A DNA stretch of 32,000 bases from Candidatus Electrothrix sp. GW3-4 (GCF_037902255.1 NZ_CP147990.1:2310001-2342000), one strand, 5' to 3'. Positions 1 through 9,878 are shown, numbered from the stretch's first letter. Numbers and translations are program-made. Notes: a model not told the origin generated them from the letters alone.

Positions 1-686
1 TTAATATCATCAAAGATCTGCTTATAGAGACGATTGAGACGATCAAACTGCACTGAGGTCCTGGAAAGCGCCTCCTCTGTCCTGCGCAACCTCGCTGCAA
101 CGATACTGCTTGACAGGCCGATAGCATAAAAAATAACCACATACACGGCAAATTTATTCACAACATCAAGAAAATAATCGGGTGGGATATAATTGGTATG
201 GGAATAAAAGGGAGGAATATATTCCAGATACTCACAGAGAAGAATTGCCCCGTACAAGAGGGAAGAAGCCGTGGCAGCCAGCAAGCCGCCAATTCGGTTC
301 AGGTTCAAACCACCAACAAGGACAGGAAAGATAAAGATTGGCCTGAAGATAGATTGACTGCATCCGGTGCCCAACACTAATAAAGCCGAAAATACCGTGT
401 CCGAAAGGACTTGAATAAGCCCAAAACGAGGCAGGTGACTGGTTTTCGTCTGCAAGAGCCCGGCAGAGCCGACAGAGTAGATAAACACCACAGAGAGAAA
501 GGCCATGGTCACCGATGTAGGCGGCAGAATAACATTACGCCCCAAACTCTGCAAAACAACTGTCACAGCGATCAACAAGGTGAACAGGATCACCCTTGTC
601 ATGATCATCCAGATCAGGTGACGAAGCAGCTGTTCCTTTGAATCTTGTATGGGTTTCAACTCGTTGATAAGCTTATTTATAGACAT
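1..686 (-). CDS. Sensor histidine kinase, N-terminal multi-TM portion (gene runs off the left edge)
   Basis: Absent from the ORF track because it has no stop in the window. My translation from the ATG (complement of 684-686) reads MSINKLINELKPIQDSKEQLLRHLIWMIMTRVILFTLLIAVTVVLQ..., with several hydrophobic helices followed by RLRRTEEALSRTSVQFDRLNRLYKQIFDDI. It lies 74 nt downstream of the NtrC-type regulator on the same strand. The kinase core is outside the window, so the call is contextual. Confidence 0.55.
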   Translation of the reverse strand, partial: MSINKLINELKPIQDSKEQLLRHLIWMIMTRVILFTLLIAVTVVLQSLGRNVILPPTSVTMAFLSVVFIYSVGSAGLLQTKTSHLPRFGLIQVLSDTVFSALLVLGTGCSQSIFRPIFIFPVLVGGLNLNRIGGLLAATASSLLYGAILLCEYLEYIPPFYSHTNYIPPDYFLDVVNKFAVYVVIFYAIGLSSSIVAARLRRTEEALSRTSVQFDRLNRLYKQIFDDI

Positions 687-760
687 AATATATTATTCGG
701 ACTGGTTGGTTTAAAATACGGTCAACAGATCTTTCTTTCCTCTTTCAATCAATTTTTTTT

Positions 761-2212
761 TCAATCAATCTCGTATTTTTTCGTTTTATAACGCAGCGAT
801 CTAAAACTGATCTTCAGTAATTCAGCAGCCCGCATTTTCGACCCTTCAGCCGCTTCCAGTGCATGCCTGATCATCCTGGTTTCCAGGTCAATTAAGATAT
901 CTTCCATTCCCCGATCAAAGAGTTCCTGTTCATCCTGTGCCCCGACAAATAAGGCCTCTTTCTGCAAACGGGGTCTCTCCTTTCGGGAAAGTATAAGACT
1001 TTCTGGAAGAATGATATTGGAGGATTCAAGGGCGACCCCACGCTCAATGATATTTTCCAGTTCACGGACATTACCTGGAAAATTGTACTCCATAAGTACT
1101 TCCAGGCCGTATGAAGAAATGGTTTGTACTTCTTTGCCAAGCAATTTGGAGTATTTTTTCAGAAAATACTCCACCAGCAGCGGAACATCACCTTTTCGTT
1201 CCCTGAGCGGTGGTACCCGGATCGGCACAACAGCCAGCCGGTAAAAGAGGTCTTCCCGGAAACGCTTTTCTATGATTTCGTCTTCCAGGTTCCGGTTGGT
1301 TGCCGAAACAATACGAACATTCACCTGCTTTGTCCTGGTTGCCCCCACTGGCATGAACTCGCGCTCTTGGAGCACCCGCAAAAGCTTGGTCTGGATAATG
1401 GGTGTAAGCTCGCCGATCTCATCCAGAAAGGCCGTCCCTGAATCGGCCTGTTGGAAGAGCCCAGGTTTATCGGCCACAGCCCCTGTAAAAGAGCCTTTCA
1501 CATGGCCAAACAGTTCGCTCTCAAGAAGACTTTCAGGTATTGCACTGCAGGTAATCGGAACAAAGGGATTAGCTGCGACTTTGGAATGCTCATGAATAGC
1601 CTTGGCAACCAATTCCTTCCCTGTCCCAGATTCACCATAGATAAGCACACTGGCCGGAGTGGGTGCGACTCGTCTGATCAGGTCAAAAATACGGAGCATC
1701 TCCGGGCTTGAGCCAATGATCCCTGCGAAACTCTCCCCTTCCTCTTTCCTTTCTGCTGATACTTTTCTTTGAACCGCCGTTCTGATGACATTTTTCAGCT
1801 CATCAACATGAAAGGGTTTGGTGATATAATCAAAGGCGCCCTGCTTCATTGCCAGCACAGCGTCATCAGGTGAGGCATATGCGGTGAGCATGACCACCGG
1901 CAAATCAGGATAATGCTGTTTCAGCTCTGCCAGGAGTTCGAGCCCGTTCATACCGGGCATACGAATATCAGTAATAACAACATCAAAGGGATCTTTAACA
2001 GCAACGTCCAGCGCCGTGGCCGCATTTGACGCGATACTCACTTCGTAGCCCTCATTCTCAAATAAAATCTTGAGAAAATCACGCATACTTAACTCGTCAT
2101 CTACAATAAGGATACGGGGCATAGGTATGTCGTCCTTCAAGTTAACTTCGCTGTCCTTCTTTGCTCTTTTTTCAATAAGTTGATAATTCCGCAAAAAGTC
2201 AGAAAACGACAA
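761..2212 (-). CDS. Sigma54-dependent response regulator (NtrC/PilR family: REC + AAA+ + Fis-type HTH)
   Basis: The REC domain shows ILIVDDE and DIRMPGMNG. The AAA+ domain shows Walker A GESGTGKE, ESELFGH, GSFTGA and Walker B FLDEIGEL. The C-terminal HTH reads AAELLKISFRSLRYKTKKYEI. The likely true start is the ATG at 2122 (MPRILIVDD), with GAAGGA 10 nt upstream. Confidence 0.92.
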   Translation of the reverse strand: MSFSDFLRNYQLIEKRAKKDSEVNLKDDIPMPRILIVDDELSMRDFLKILFENEGYEVSIASNAATALDVAVKDPFDVVITDIRMPGMNGLELLAELKQHYPDLPVVMLTAYASPDDAVLAMKQGAFDYITKPFHVDELKNVIRTAVQRKVSAERKEEGESFAGIIGSSPEMLRIFDLIRRVAPTPASVLIYGESGTGKELVAKAIHEHSKVAANPFVPITCSAIPESLLESELFGHVKGSFTGAVADKPGLFQQADSGTAFLDEIGELTPIIQTKLLRVLQEREFMPVGATRTKQVNVRIVSATNRNLEDEIIEKRFREDLFYRLAVVPIRVPPLRERKGDVPLLVEYFLKKYSKLLGKEVQTISSYGLEVLMEYNFPGNVRELENIIERGVALESSNIILPESLILSRKERPRLQKEALFVGAQDEQELFDRGMEDILIDLETRMIRHALEAAEGSKMRAAELLKISFRSLRYKTKKYEID

Positions 2213-2325
2213 GTTACCAACGATATCTCAAAGAGTTGCGTTGCAATTTTTCAATAAGGGGCCTTGTTACGAAACCATCAAAAGTTGGGTGGCAAGAAAA
2301 CGAGGGGATAACTTCAGAGGACATT

Positions 2326-2355
2326 TCTCTTTTCCAGAAATCTCTTTTCCAGAAA
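2326..2355. repeat. Perfect 15-bp tandem direct repeat x2 (tctcttttccagaaa) in the divergent regulator/tatC intergenic region
   Basis: Read directly: 2326-2340 and 2341-2355 are identical. Each unit contains TTCC-AGAA / TTCTGGAA half-palindromes. Confidence 0.9.
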
Positions 2356-2580
2356 TCAGCTTCGCCCATCCTGAAGACAAGTCCCATGCAATTTTCCACG
2401 TGACCTTGCTGCTTTTATCCCCCGTAATCTATCAACGAATTGACCAATACGTCAATCACTATCTCTGCAAGGTAGAGATGGCAAACAACGATTACAGTAA
2501 GAAAACAGGAAAAGGCTTAACATCAATTTATGAATAGGGTATGTTATGCCGCAAAATGAACTCTCAGAAAAAAAGAAAAT

Positions 2581-3344
2581 ATGAGCACCCCAGAATCCCT
2601 TTCAGAAAACACGCTGATAGAACATCTTGCAGAACTGCGCTCCTGCCTCATTATTTCCTTATCAGCAGCAGCAGTTGGCTTTGCGGTGGCCTATGCCTTT
2701 ATCCAGCCTCTTGCTGACTGGTTCTTTCAGCCGCTTATTCGCGTACTTCCCCCGGAAAAAAGCCTCATCTTTATCTCATATCAAGAGGGATTTTTTTTTA
2801 CCTGAAACTCGCCCTTGTTGCAGGCATCCTGCTTGCTAGCCCTGTTATCTTTCATCAACTCTGGCGTTTTATCGCACCAGGCCTCTACCAGCATGAAAAA
2901 AAGATGCTGCTCCCCTTCACCCTCATCTCCACCCTCTGCTTTCTCGGTGGTGCGGCCTTTGGTTATTTTGTCGTCTTCCCCCCAGCCTTTCGTTTTCTCA
3001 TCAGTTATTCCAGCGAGTTTCTTGACCCCATGCCTGCGGTCAGCGAGTATTTTTCTCTTGCTCTCCGCCTGCTCTTCGCCTTTGGGGCAATTTTTGAACT
3101 TCCGGTCTTTATGGTTTTCCTGGCCAAGCTCGGCATAGTCGACGCCCCTTTTTTGGCAAAAAACCGAAAATACGCCTTTCTCATTGCTTTTATCATTGCA
3201 GCCATTCTCACGCCAACCCCGGATGTAGTTAATCAGCTCCTTATGGCGGGTCCGCTGGTTGTACTCTATGAAATCAGCATGGTAGCCATTCGTTTCTTTG
3301 TCCCAAAGCCCTTAACAAGAGAACCTGAAGAAAAAAACGACTGA
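2581..3344 (+). pseudogene. tatC: Twin-arginine translocase subunit TatC, reading frame broken at a T9 run (2791-2799)
   Basis: ORF 2581-2805 gives the TatC N-terminus (LIEHLAELRSCLIISL...). Frame -1 from 2799 continues YLKLALVAGILLASPVIFHQLWRFIAPGLYQHEKKMLLPF... into ORF 2904-3344, with no stop between 2799 and 2904. A tenth T would give one 254-aa TatC. Confidence 0.85.
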
Positions 3345-3575
3345 GAATCAACCACTGAGCAAGCTCTTAATGGGCTCTTTCTCTAAGCGATCCAGATTTG
3401 CTAGCCCGCCTTGACCGGACCGACTAAGCCGCCTGCATCTCCTCAAAGAGAATCAACAGGATAAGACCAAGAAATTTTGTTGAGGTTTCATTAGAGGGAG
3501 GAGTAAAAGGAGCTCTTACTCGGGGGACGAAAGAGAAAGAACTTACGCGCGGTACGCGCAAAAACAGAGGAATGT

Positions 3576-3606
3576 AAAAAAAGGGCAGGTCAGCATTGAC
3601 CTGCCC
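3576..3606 (-). terminator. Rho-independent terminator of the SulP gene
   Basis: There is a 10-bp perfect stem (GGGCAGGTCA 3583-3592 with TGACCTGCCC 3597-3606) and a 4-nt loop. It is followed on the minus strand by a T7 run (A7 at 3576-3582) and starts 17 nt after the stop at 3623. Confidence 0.8.
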
Positions 3607-3622
3607 GACAAAAGAGCCCGAA

Positions 3623-5368
3623 TTAACGACGACACTCCTTGAATATCTTCTTGTTACAGACAGAGCACTTGCTCCCATCCAGCTTTCTATAGATTTCTAC
3701 AACAGCAACGCTCTTGCTATCAAAGAAATGATCTGGACCTATATTTCTGATAAAGCCGGACTTTACGGCAAACTCATAAACTGCCGCCTTCATATTAACA
3801 AAATAGAGGCCCCCGCCCATCTTCTTTAAACGGTTATTCTCTGCAATCAAGGCCTCTGCACCGGCGAGGTCAATCAGATTGATACCTGTAGCGATAAGCA
3901 GGATATTATATATCCCTTCTTTATCCGACACCTCTGCAATACGGTTCTGGATACGATTAATTGAGCCAAAATAGATCGATCTGTCAATCCTGAGAACCTT
4001 GAGTTGCGGACATTCTGGCAACGGTTTCTGCTCCATATCAACAAATTTTCTTATGCCACCCTGTTCAACATTGTCAACAGAGATTGAATGAATTTCTGGG
4101 CTTGAGGTTTTGGCAAGAAAGAGAATCAGCGAGAGGAGCACCCCCATATAAATGGCAAACTCTAACTCGAGAAATAAGGTAGCAAAAAAGGTAGTGAGCA
4201 GGACAGCAGATTCTGACTTACTAAAGGTGAGCACCTTCTTGATATGATGAAAATCAATCAGGTTATAGGCAACCAACAGAATAACCCCGCCCATGGCGGC
4301 AATGGGGAGATAGGCTGTCAACGGAGCAATGAGCAAAATAATACACATCAACGCAATTGCAGCAAATATGGCGGAAAGAGGGGTTTTCGCACCAGCCTCA
4401 TAGTTGATACCTGAGCGGGTGAAGGAACCTGAGCCTGCATAACTGGAGACAAAGCTACCACAGATATTTGATAATCCCTGGCCGATGAACTCCTGGTTCG
4501 AATCGATGCGCTGGTCAGACTTAGTAGCAACTGCTCGACTAATGGACACCGCTTCGATCAGACCCAGCAGGGCAACGGCAAAGGCTTCAGGGGCCAACAT
4601 CTTGATGGTTTCAGGAGAAAAATCAGGTGATGATAACGGGGGAAGATGGGCAGGTATCTCACCAACCAATTTAATAGCACCTGGCTCTGCGACCTGAAAT
4701 TTATTAAACACAACAGCAAGGATACTCCCGACAACCATACCAATGAGGAGATTCGGTGATTTGGGAAAAACCTTCTTGGAAAAAAATGACACCACCAAAG
4801 TGACAAGGCCGATGATCAAGAGAAATATATTAAAATCACTCATCCCCTGAAAGAGGGCAATCCAGGTATGGAAAAAAGATTCTCCCTTTGCAATGGAAAT
4901 GCCGGTTATATGTTTCATTTGGCTGGTGGCAATCAAGATAGCAGCTCCTGCTGTAAAGCCAATCACCACTGTATGGGAAACGAAATTGACCAAACTTCCC
5001 AGTCGGGCAAGACCAAAGGCAAGCTGATAGACCCCTGCCAGAAAGGTAAGCGTCAGGGCAAGATTAATAAATTCCGGGCTTCCTGCTTCAGCATAACGAC
5101 TTACTGAGGAGAACACCACAATAGAAATAGCCGTGGTGGGTCCAGAGATAAGATGAAACGAGGAACCAAATAATGCAGCAATAATCGGGGTAATCATTGC
5201 TGTATACAGACCATATTCCGGGGGCAAACCGGCAATGGTAGCAAACGCGACACCTTGGGGTAAGACAATGACGGCCCCGGTCAGGCCAGCCATCAAATCA
5301 TCTTTGATGGTCTGCTTGTTGACCAATTTAAACCATCGAAGAAAAGGGAACAGCGACTCCACCTTCAT
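3623..5368 (-). CDS. SulP-family anion (sulfate/bicarbonate) permease with C-terminal STAS domain
   Basis: N-terminal signature DLMAGLTGAVIVLPQGVAFATIAGLPPEYGLYTA, many TM helices, and a STAS-like tail (VLRIDRSIYFGS...). RBS GAGGA upstream. The extreme C-terminus has a Cys cluster, KCSVCNKKIFKEC. Confidence 0.9.
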   Translation of the reverse strand: MKVESLFPFLRWFKLVNKQTIKDDLMAGLTGAVIVLPQGVAFATIAGLPPEYGLYTAMITPIIAALFGSSFHLISGPTTAISIVVFSSVSRYAEAGSPEFINLALTLTFLAGVYQLAFGLARLGSLVNFVSHTVVIGFTAGAAILIATSQMKHITGISIAKGESFFHTWIALFQGMSDFNIFLLIIGLVTLVVSFFSKKVFPKSPNLLIGMVVGSILAVVFNKFQVAEPGAIKLVGEIPAHLPPLSSPDFSPETIKMLAPEAFAVALLGLIEAVSISRAVATKSDQRIDSNQEFIGQGLSNICGSFVSSYAGSGSFTRSGINYEAGAKTPLSAIFAAIALMCIILLIAPLTAYLPIAAMGGVILLVAYNLIDFHHIKKVLTFSKSESAVLLTTFFATLFLELEFAIYMGVLLSLILFLAKTSSPEIHSISVDNVEQGGIRKFVDMEQKPLPECPQLKVLRIDRSIYFGSINRIQNRIAEVSDKEGIYNILLIATGINLIDLAGAEALIAENNRLKKMGGGLYFVNMKAAVYEFAVKSGFIRNIGPDHFFDSKSVAVVEIYRKLDGSKCSVCNKKIFKECRR

Positions 5369-5719
5369 TCTACATCCTCTTTTGTTGAATTTTGTTGAGT
5401 TGTTGACTTGAAATTATTATCTGATTGATGGTGAATCGAAACGGCTCACACAATCCTCTTGACAAGAGAAGACAAACTTCGTCAGTCTCTCTATTGCGGT
5501 ACCTAATATTTGTCAAGTACAAATCCAATATTTCCCTCATCAAGATGCATTTCTTGTACAGGCGACAAGGGATAGGTTTACAGTATTTCTCGAATAGAGT
5601 ATGTTAAACTGGGTGTATTAGACCCCGTACGTACACACCATAACCACCCCTGATTTATTCAACATAGCAGGTGGATACACCTGGCTCTCTATCTGATTAT
5701 CTGATAAAAGGAGGAACCA

Positions 5720-7000
5720 ATGTCCTATATAGCAGATTTTGAAAAGGCCCTTGAAATTGGCCGTCCGCCCAACATCAAGGCCCTGTTTCCCCATTCCAAG
5801 GCCCTGCTGGTCAGTGGCAAGGTGATTGACCGAGCCCTGCTGGCAAAGGGCAAGGCCATGACCATGGCAGCCAATGGTCGCAATCATCTGGTCATACGTG
5901 GGGCATTGATGGCTGCTCAACGAGCACAAGCTGCATTAATTATAGAAATCGCCCGTTCTGAAGGCGGGGCCTCGTCCTATTGCCCCACCAACTACTGGAA
6001 TATGGCCCGCCAGGTCGATGCCCTCTGCAACGAGCTGGCCATTACCGTACCCGTTGCCATCCATGCAGATCATTATGGCATTAAATCGGCTGAGGATCTC
6101 CCCTTTGCCCGCACAGAGATCCCCTCCCTTTTTGACGCAGGTATCACCTCTATTGCTATTGATGCCTCCCATATGCTGGACGATGACAACCTGTTAGCCA
6201 GTATCGACGTGAATGGTTTCATTCCTGCCTGGGCAGGCTATGAAACCGAGGTCGGCGAGATCAAGGGGACCCAAGGGCTGTCTTCTGCAGAAGAGGCCCT
6301 CTTCCTGATCAAGGGACTGAACGCCCATAATATTTTCCCGGACTGGATCGCCTTGAATAACGGGACCACCCACGGCATTGAGGCCTCTGATCAGGGCATC
6401 CAGGTCGAGCTGACCGCAGAGATCCACGAGGCCCTGCAAGGCTATGGGGTCTCTGGTGCCCAGCACGGCACCTCGGGCAATAGCTCGGACCGACTTCGGG
6501 CGATTGCGGCCCAGACCCGGACCACCAAGGCCAATGTTGCCACGGCCCTTCAGATGATCTCCTGGGGCGTTGAAGTGAATGACTACGGCAACGCCATCCT
6601 GGATGGAGACGGCGAATTTGTGAAGGTCCGCGGGCAAGGGGTCAGTGAAGAGCTGTGGCAGGCAATGAAGGATTATGCCAAGACCCAGGGCTGGACCAAG
6701 GGGAATTATAAAAAGCTCAATGCGGTCTTTGAAAATCGAATCATGGGGCAACCCCGAGCAATCAGGGAACGTATGGCCCGCCGGGTGGATAACTTCGTCT
6801 ACAGTATGCTCACCGAGGTCTTTAACGCTGGCGGGACAGCCCGCTATGCCGTCGAGGCCATCCTGGATGCAGGCTCCTACGACCTCGGACCCAAAACAGG
6901 ACGCATTGAATCCCCGGAAGAGTGGACTGAAGAGAAGATCCGCGCTCGTGCAGCTAAGCTGGATACGGACAAAGGACCGGAAGGCGATTTTGAGGATTAA
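5720..7000 (+). CDS. fba: Class II (metal-dependent) fructose/ketose-bisphosphate aldolase, long 426-aa form
   Basis: Motifs VAIHADHYG, NNGTTHG and GAQHGTSG match class II aldolase metal and substrate sites. Strong RBS AAAGGAGG at 5707-5714. Confidence 0.8.
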   Translation: MSYIADFEKALEIGRPPNIKALFPHSKALLVSGKVIDRALLAKGKAMTMAANGRNHLVIRGALMAAQRAQAALIIEIARSEGGASSYCPTNYWNMARQVDALCNELAITVPVAIHADHYGIKSAEDLPFARTEIPSLFDAGITSIAIDASHMLDDDNLLASIDVNGFIPAWAGYETEVGEIKGTQGLSSAEEALFLIKGLNAHNIFPDWIALNNGTTHGIEASDQGIQVELTAEIHEALQGYGVSGAQHGTSGNSSDRLRAIAAQTRTTKANVATALQMISWGVEVNDYGNAILDGDGEFVKVRGQGVSEELWQAMKDYAKTQGWTKGNYKKLNAVFENRIMGQPRAIRERMARRVDNFVYSMLTEVFNAGGTARYAVEAILDAGSYDLGPKTGRIESPEEWTEEKIRARAAKLDTDKGPEGDFED

Positions 7001-7334
7001 CCAGCAACACCCAGGGCGGGCATAGAACCTGTCCCTGTTGTGAGCAGGCCAGGGGCTGGAACAGGAAAAACAGCCCCTGTGGCGGGAGAAGACCTTGTCG
7101 GGGCAAGGGAACATGACCCTGAAGAAGGGAGACCTGACGTTGCAGCGGGAGAAAAGGGTCCTGTAAGGGGAAAAACTCCTTCTGCAGCACCCCGGTCCTG
7201 AAACCGCCCGCTTCCCGTCCTGATGTTGCCCCTGCCCATTGATCTTCGGACTTTACTGCCCTGCCCCCCAAGGGGGGACAAGGTTTACCCCCCTATTTTA
7301 GGGTGTTCAATCAAAACAATTTAAGAAAACTCCC

Positions 7335-8345
7335 ATGCAAAAAATACTGGTTACCGGCGCTGCCGGTTTTATCGGCCATAATCTCTCCAAGCGCCTGCTT
7401 GCAAGCGGACGCACCGTGGTTGGGCTGGATAATCTCAATGACTATTATGACCCTGCACTAAAAAAGGCCCGCTTGGCTCAACTGCTTGAGTTTGAGCAAT
7501 TCAGTCATGCAGATTTTGACATGGCAGACCGCGACCGGATGGAACAACTCTTTGCCGAGGAGCAGTTCGATGCTGTAGTCAACCTAGCGGCCCAGGCCGG
7601 GGTCCGTTATTCCCTGATCAACCCCCATTCGTACGTGGACACTAATCTGGTTGGGTTTCTCAATATCCTGGAGGGCTGTCGGCATAATCAGGTCAAACAC
7701 CTCCTCTATGCCTCATCAAGCTCCGTCTACGGGGCCAATACCTCCATGCCCTTTTCCGTGCATGATAATGTAGACCACCCGGTTTCTCTGTACGCAGCCT
7801 CGAAAAAGGCCAATGAGCTTATGGCCCATAGTTATAGTCATCTCTACGGTCTCCCCTGTACAGGTCTACGCTTTTTCACGGTCTACGGTCCTTGGGGACG
7901 ACCAGACATGGCCCTGTTCCTTTTCACTAAGGCCATCATGGAAGATCAACCCATCAACATCTTCAATAACGGCGAGATGGAGCGGGACTTCACCTATATT
8001 GATGATATCGTTGAAGGGGTCTTCCGCCTGCTTGATCATGTGCCAGCCCCTAACCCGAACTGGAGCGGCAACACGCCGGACTCAGCAACCAGCTATTGCC
8101 CGTGGCGAATTTATAATATAGGGAATAATGCCAAAGAGCGGCTGATGCGCTATATTGAGGTCTTGGAAGACTGCCTTGGCAAGACAGCAAAGAAGAACTT
8201 CATGCCCATGCAGGCTGGTGATGTTCGGGCCACCTATGCCAATGTGGATGATCTGGTTCGGGATATCGACTTTCGGCCGCAGACCACCATTGAGGAAGGA
8301 ATTAGCAACTTTGTGGCGTGGTATCGGGAATATTATAACATCTAA
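7335..8345 (+). CDS. NAD-dependent SDR epimerase/dehydratase, UDP-glucuronate 4-epimerase-like
   Basis: Rossmann motif [20 protein letters not shown], and the catalytic YAASKKANE (YxxxK). The overall pattern is the CapI/LpsL-type epimerase family. Substrate is not determinable from the sequence. Confidence 0.8.
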   Translation: MQKILVTGAAGFIGHNLSKRLLASGRTVVGLDNLNDYYDPALKKARLAQLLEFEQFSHADFDMADRDRMEQLFAEEQFDAVVNLAAQAGVRYSLINPHSYVDTNLVGFLNILEGCRHNQVKHLLYASSSSVYGANTSMPFSVHDNVDHPVSLYAASKKANELMAHSYSHLYGLPCTGLRFFTVYGPWGRPDMALFLFTKAIMEDQPINIFNNGEMERDFTYIDDIVEGVFRLLDHVPAPNPNWSGNTPDSATSYCPWRIYNIGNNAKERLMRYIEVLEDCLGKTAKKNFMPMQAGDVRATYANVDDLVRDIDFRPQTTIEEGISNFVAWYREYYNI

Positions 8346-9105
8346 CTTGCTTTAGAGACGAACCAGTTCTACCCCCCCAGGCCCCGAGATGTTCACCGGA
8401 GATAATAACGACCCCGGTAAGCCCAGTGATTTTCTGGGCCACTTCCAAGGCGTATTGAATGCTCTTCTTATTTCTGCCCACCTCATTGCCCAAGCGGGTG
8501 GCAGCGGCATCGGCTAAGGCGGTGGAGGGGGCAACAACTGCGACTGCATCAGCACGACCGAGACTGAGGGAATGTCCGATCATACCAGAGGAGCAACAGA
8601 CCCCGCAGGGCATCTGTTCCGGCAGGAGCCGGATGCCCAGTTTACCGCTCAATGGTGACGTACCTGCATAGACGGCAATGGTGCTCTCCTGGGTTCGTGA
8701 GACAAAGAGATCACCGCCGTTCTCGACAATGACCTCTGCAAGGCCTTGAGCGAGCAAGTGCTTGCCAACCTGCTCAGCCACGATGCCAGCAACTGCGGCC
8801 ATAGGCCCAACCCCGGTTGCTGCGCCAGCGGCCAGCATCTCCTGGATGACAACTGGTGCTCGGGTATCCCTTGGGAGCGGGGCAAGACTGGGCAAAAACT
8901 GCGGATGCACCCTGATATATTCTTCGATGACACCACGCACCTCGGAGACAGCCAGCAAGGCTTGGTCCTCCACGGCTTGTGGGGCCAGGATGTGCAGATC
9001 TGTCTCAGCGATCTTGACGATAGAAGACACAAGCCCTGAATTTTCTATCGTACGGTATGTCCGCTCCTGGTAAGAAAGCGGTGATTTATTTTCTACAGCG
9101 ACCAT
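8302..9105 (-). CDS. UPF0280 / ApbE-like family protein
   Basis: The YQERTYR N-terminal motif and [12 protein letters not shown] / ENGGD segments are recalled from the UPF0280 (ApbE-related) family. I prefer the ATG at 9105 (RBS GAGGTG 9 nt upstream) over the TTG at 9159 used by the track. The 3' end overlaps the epimerase by 44 nt; see the G7-run finding. Confidence 0.65.
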   Translation of the reverse strand: MVAVENKSPLSYQERTYRTIENSGLVSSIVKIAETDLHILAPQAVEDQALLAVSEVRGVIEEYIRVHPQFLPSLAPLPRDTRAPVVIQEMLAAGAATGVGPMAAVAGIVAEQVGKHLLAQGLAEVIVENGGDLFVSRTQESTIAVYAGTSPLSGKLGIRLLPEQMPCGVCCSSGMIGHSLSLGRADAVAVVAPSTALADAAATRLGNEVGRNKKSIQYALEVAQKITGLTGVVIISGEHLGAWGGRTGSSLKQVRCYNIPDTTPQSC

Positions 9106-9158
9106 TAAAGAGCGCACCTCTTCTTGAAAAAATTCTCGAAAGAATTCCTGAATGAACA

Positions 9159-9878
9159 ATGGGATTCAGCACCTTGCGCACTGTCTTCCCTGCCTTGTTT
9201 TTTATTTATAGACCCTTGAATAACAACGCAAACATAACGCAGCCGTCAGTCATTGTCCTTTTTACCCGCTATCCACAGGCAGGAAAAGTAAAAACCCGCC
9301 TGATCAAACGCCTTGGCCCGCAAGGCGCAGCTAACCTCCACAGCAGACTGACCAAGCAGGTCATCAGGAAGCTGCAACCAATACTGGAAAGCGGCTCTGT
9401 TCAGTTGCAGATATCTTACTGTGGTGGCGCAAAACAGGAAATACAAACCTGGCTGGGCAAGGATTTTCAGCTGGTACGGCAACAAGGGCATGATCTTGGG
9501 GAACGAATGCGGCATGCCTTTGAGCAGGTCTGGCAGCAAGAGGCGGACAGGGTCCTGCTTATCGGCTCTGACTGTCCCGGAATAAATCCTGCCCTTCTTG
9601 AAAACGGCTTAGAGCGCCTCAAAAATCATGATGTAATTCTCGGCCCAGCAAGCGATGGCGGCTATTACCTGATCGGCCTCTCTGCCCGCCTTGCGCCACG
9701 AAGACAAGATTATGTCAATCTCTTCCACAACATTGACTGGGGAAGCGGTCGAGTATTAAAGCAAACCCTTGCCCAACTCCAAAAAAGCAACCTTCCCTTT
9801 GCCCTGCTTCCTGAACTGCACGATATTGATCGCCCTGAAGACCTTATCCATCTCCATTATCATACCGACCCTGAATGA
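9159..9878 (+). CDS. DUF2064 / TIGR04282-like putative glycosyltransferase
   Basis: The motifs VIVLFTRYPQAGKVKTRL, LIGSDCPG, GPASDGGYYLIGL and DIDRPEDL match my recollection of the TIGR04282 (DUF2064) family. The start is uncertain. Confidence 0.7.
   Translation: MGFSTLRTVFPALFFIYRPLNNNANITQPSVIVLFTRYPQAGKVKTRLIKRLGPQGAANLHSRLTKQVIRKLQPILESGSVQLQISYCGGAKQEIQTWLGKDFQLVRQQGHDLGERMRHAFEQVWQQEADRVLLIGSDCPGINPALLENGLERLKNHDVILGPASDGGYYLIGLSARLAPRRQDYVNLFHNIDWGSGRVLKQTLAQLQKSNLPFALLPELHDIDRPEDLIHLHYHTDPE

Noticed and set aside
744-769. 10-bp direct repeat TTCAATCAAT x2 (period 16) spanning the regulator stop codon
   Set aside because: It is short, AT-rich and partly coding, and is most simply low-complexity sequence in the 74-nt regulator-kinase spacer.
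6194-7114. 306-aa minus-strand ORF; likewise 12144-13172 (+), 13814-14653 (-), 14900-15544 (-), 27559-28170, 28046-28549 and 28222-28794 (+), and 26402-26983 (+)
   Set aside because: These are shadow ORFs antisense to or overlapping strongly supported genes (fba, serA, gltX, PDT/PDH, the zinc-ribbon gene and the tRNA). Their translations are low-complexity with no recognisable motifs.
7001-7334. Riboswitch (TPP, c-di-GMP-I, ZTP, Mn, fluoride or cobalamin) in the fba-epimerase spacer
   Set aside because: None of the hallmark conserved boxes I know (CUGAGA/ACCUGAUCUGG, GEMM GCAAA-type tetraloop receptors, the B12 box, and others) is present.
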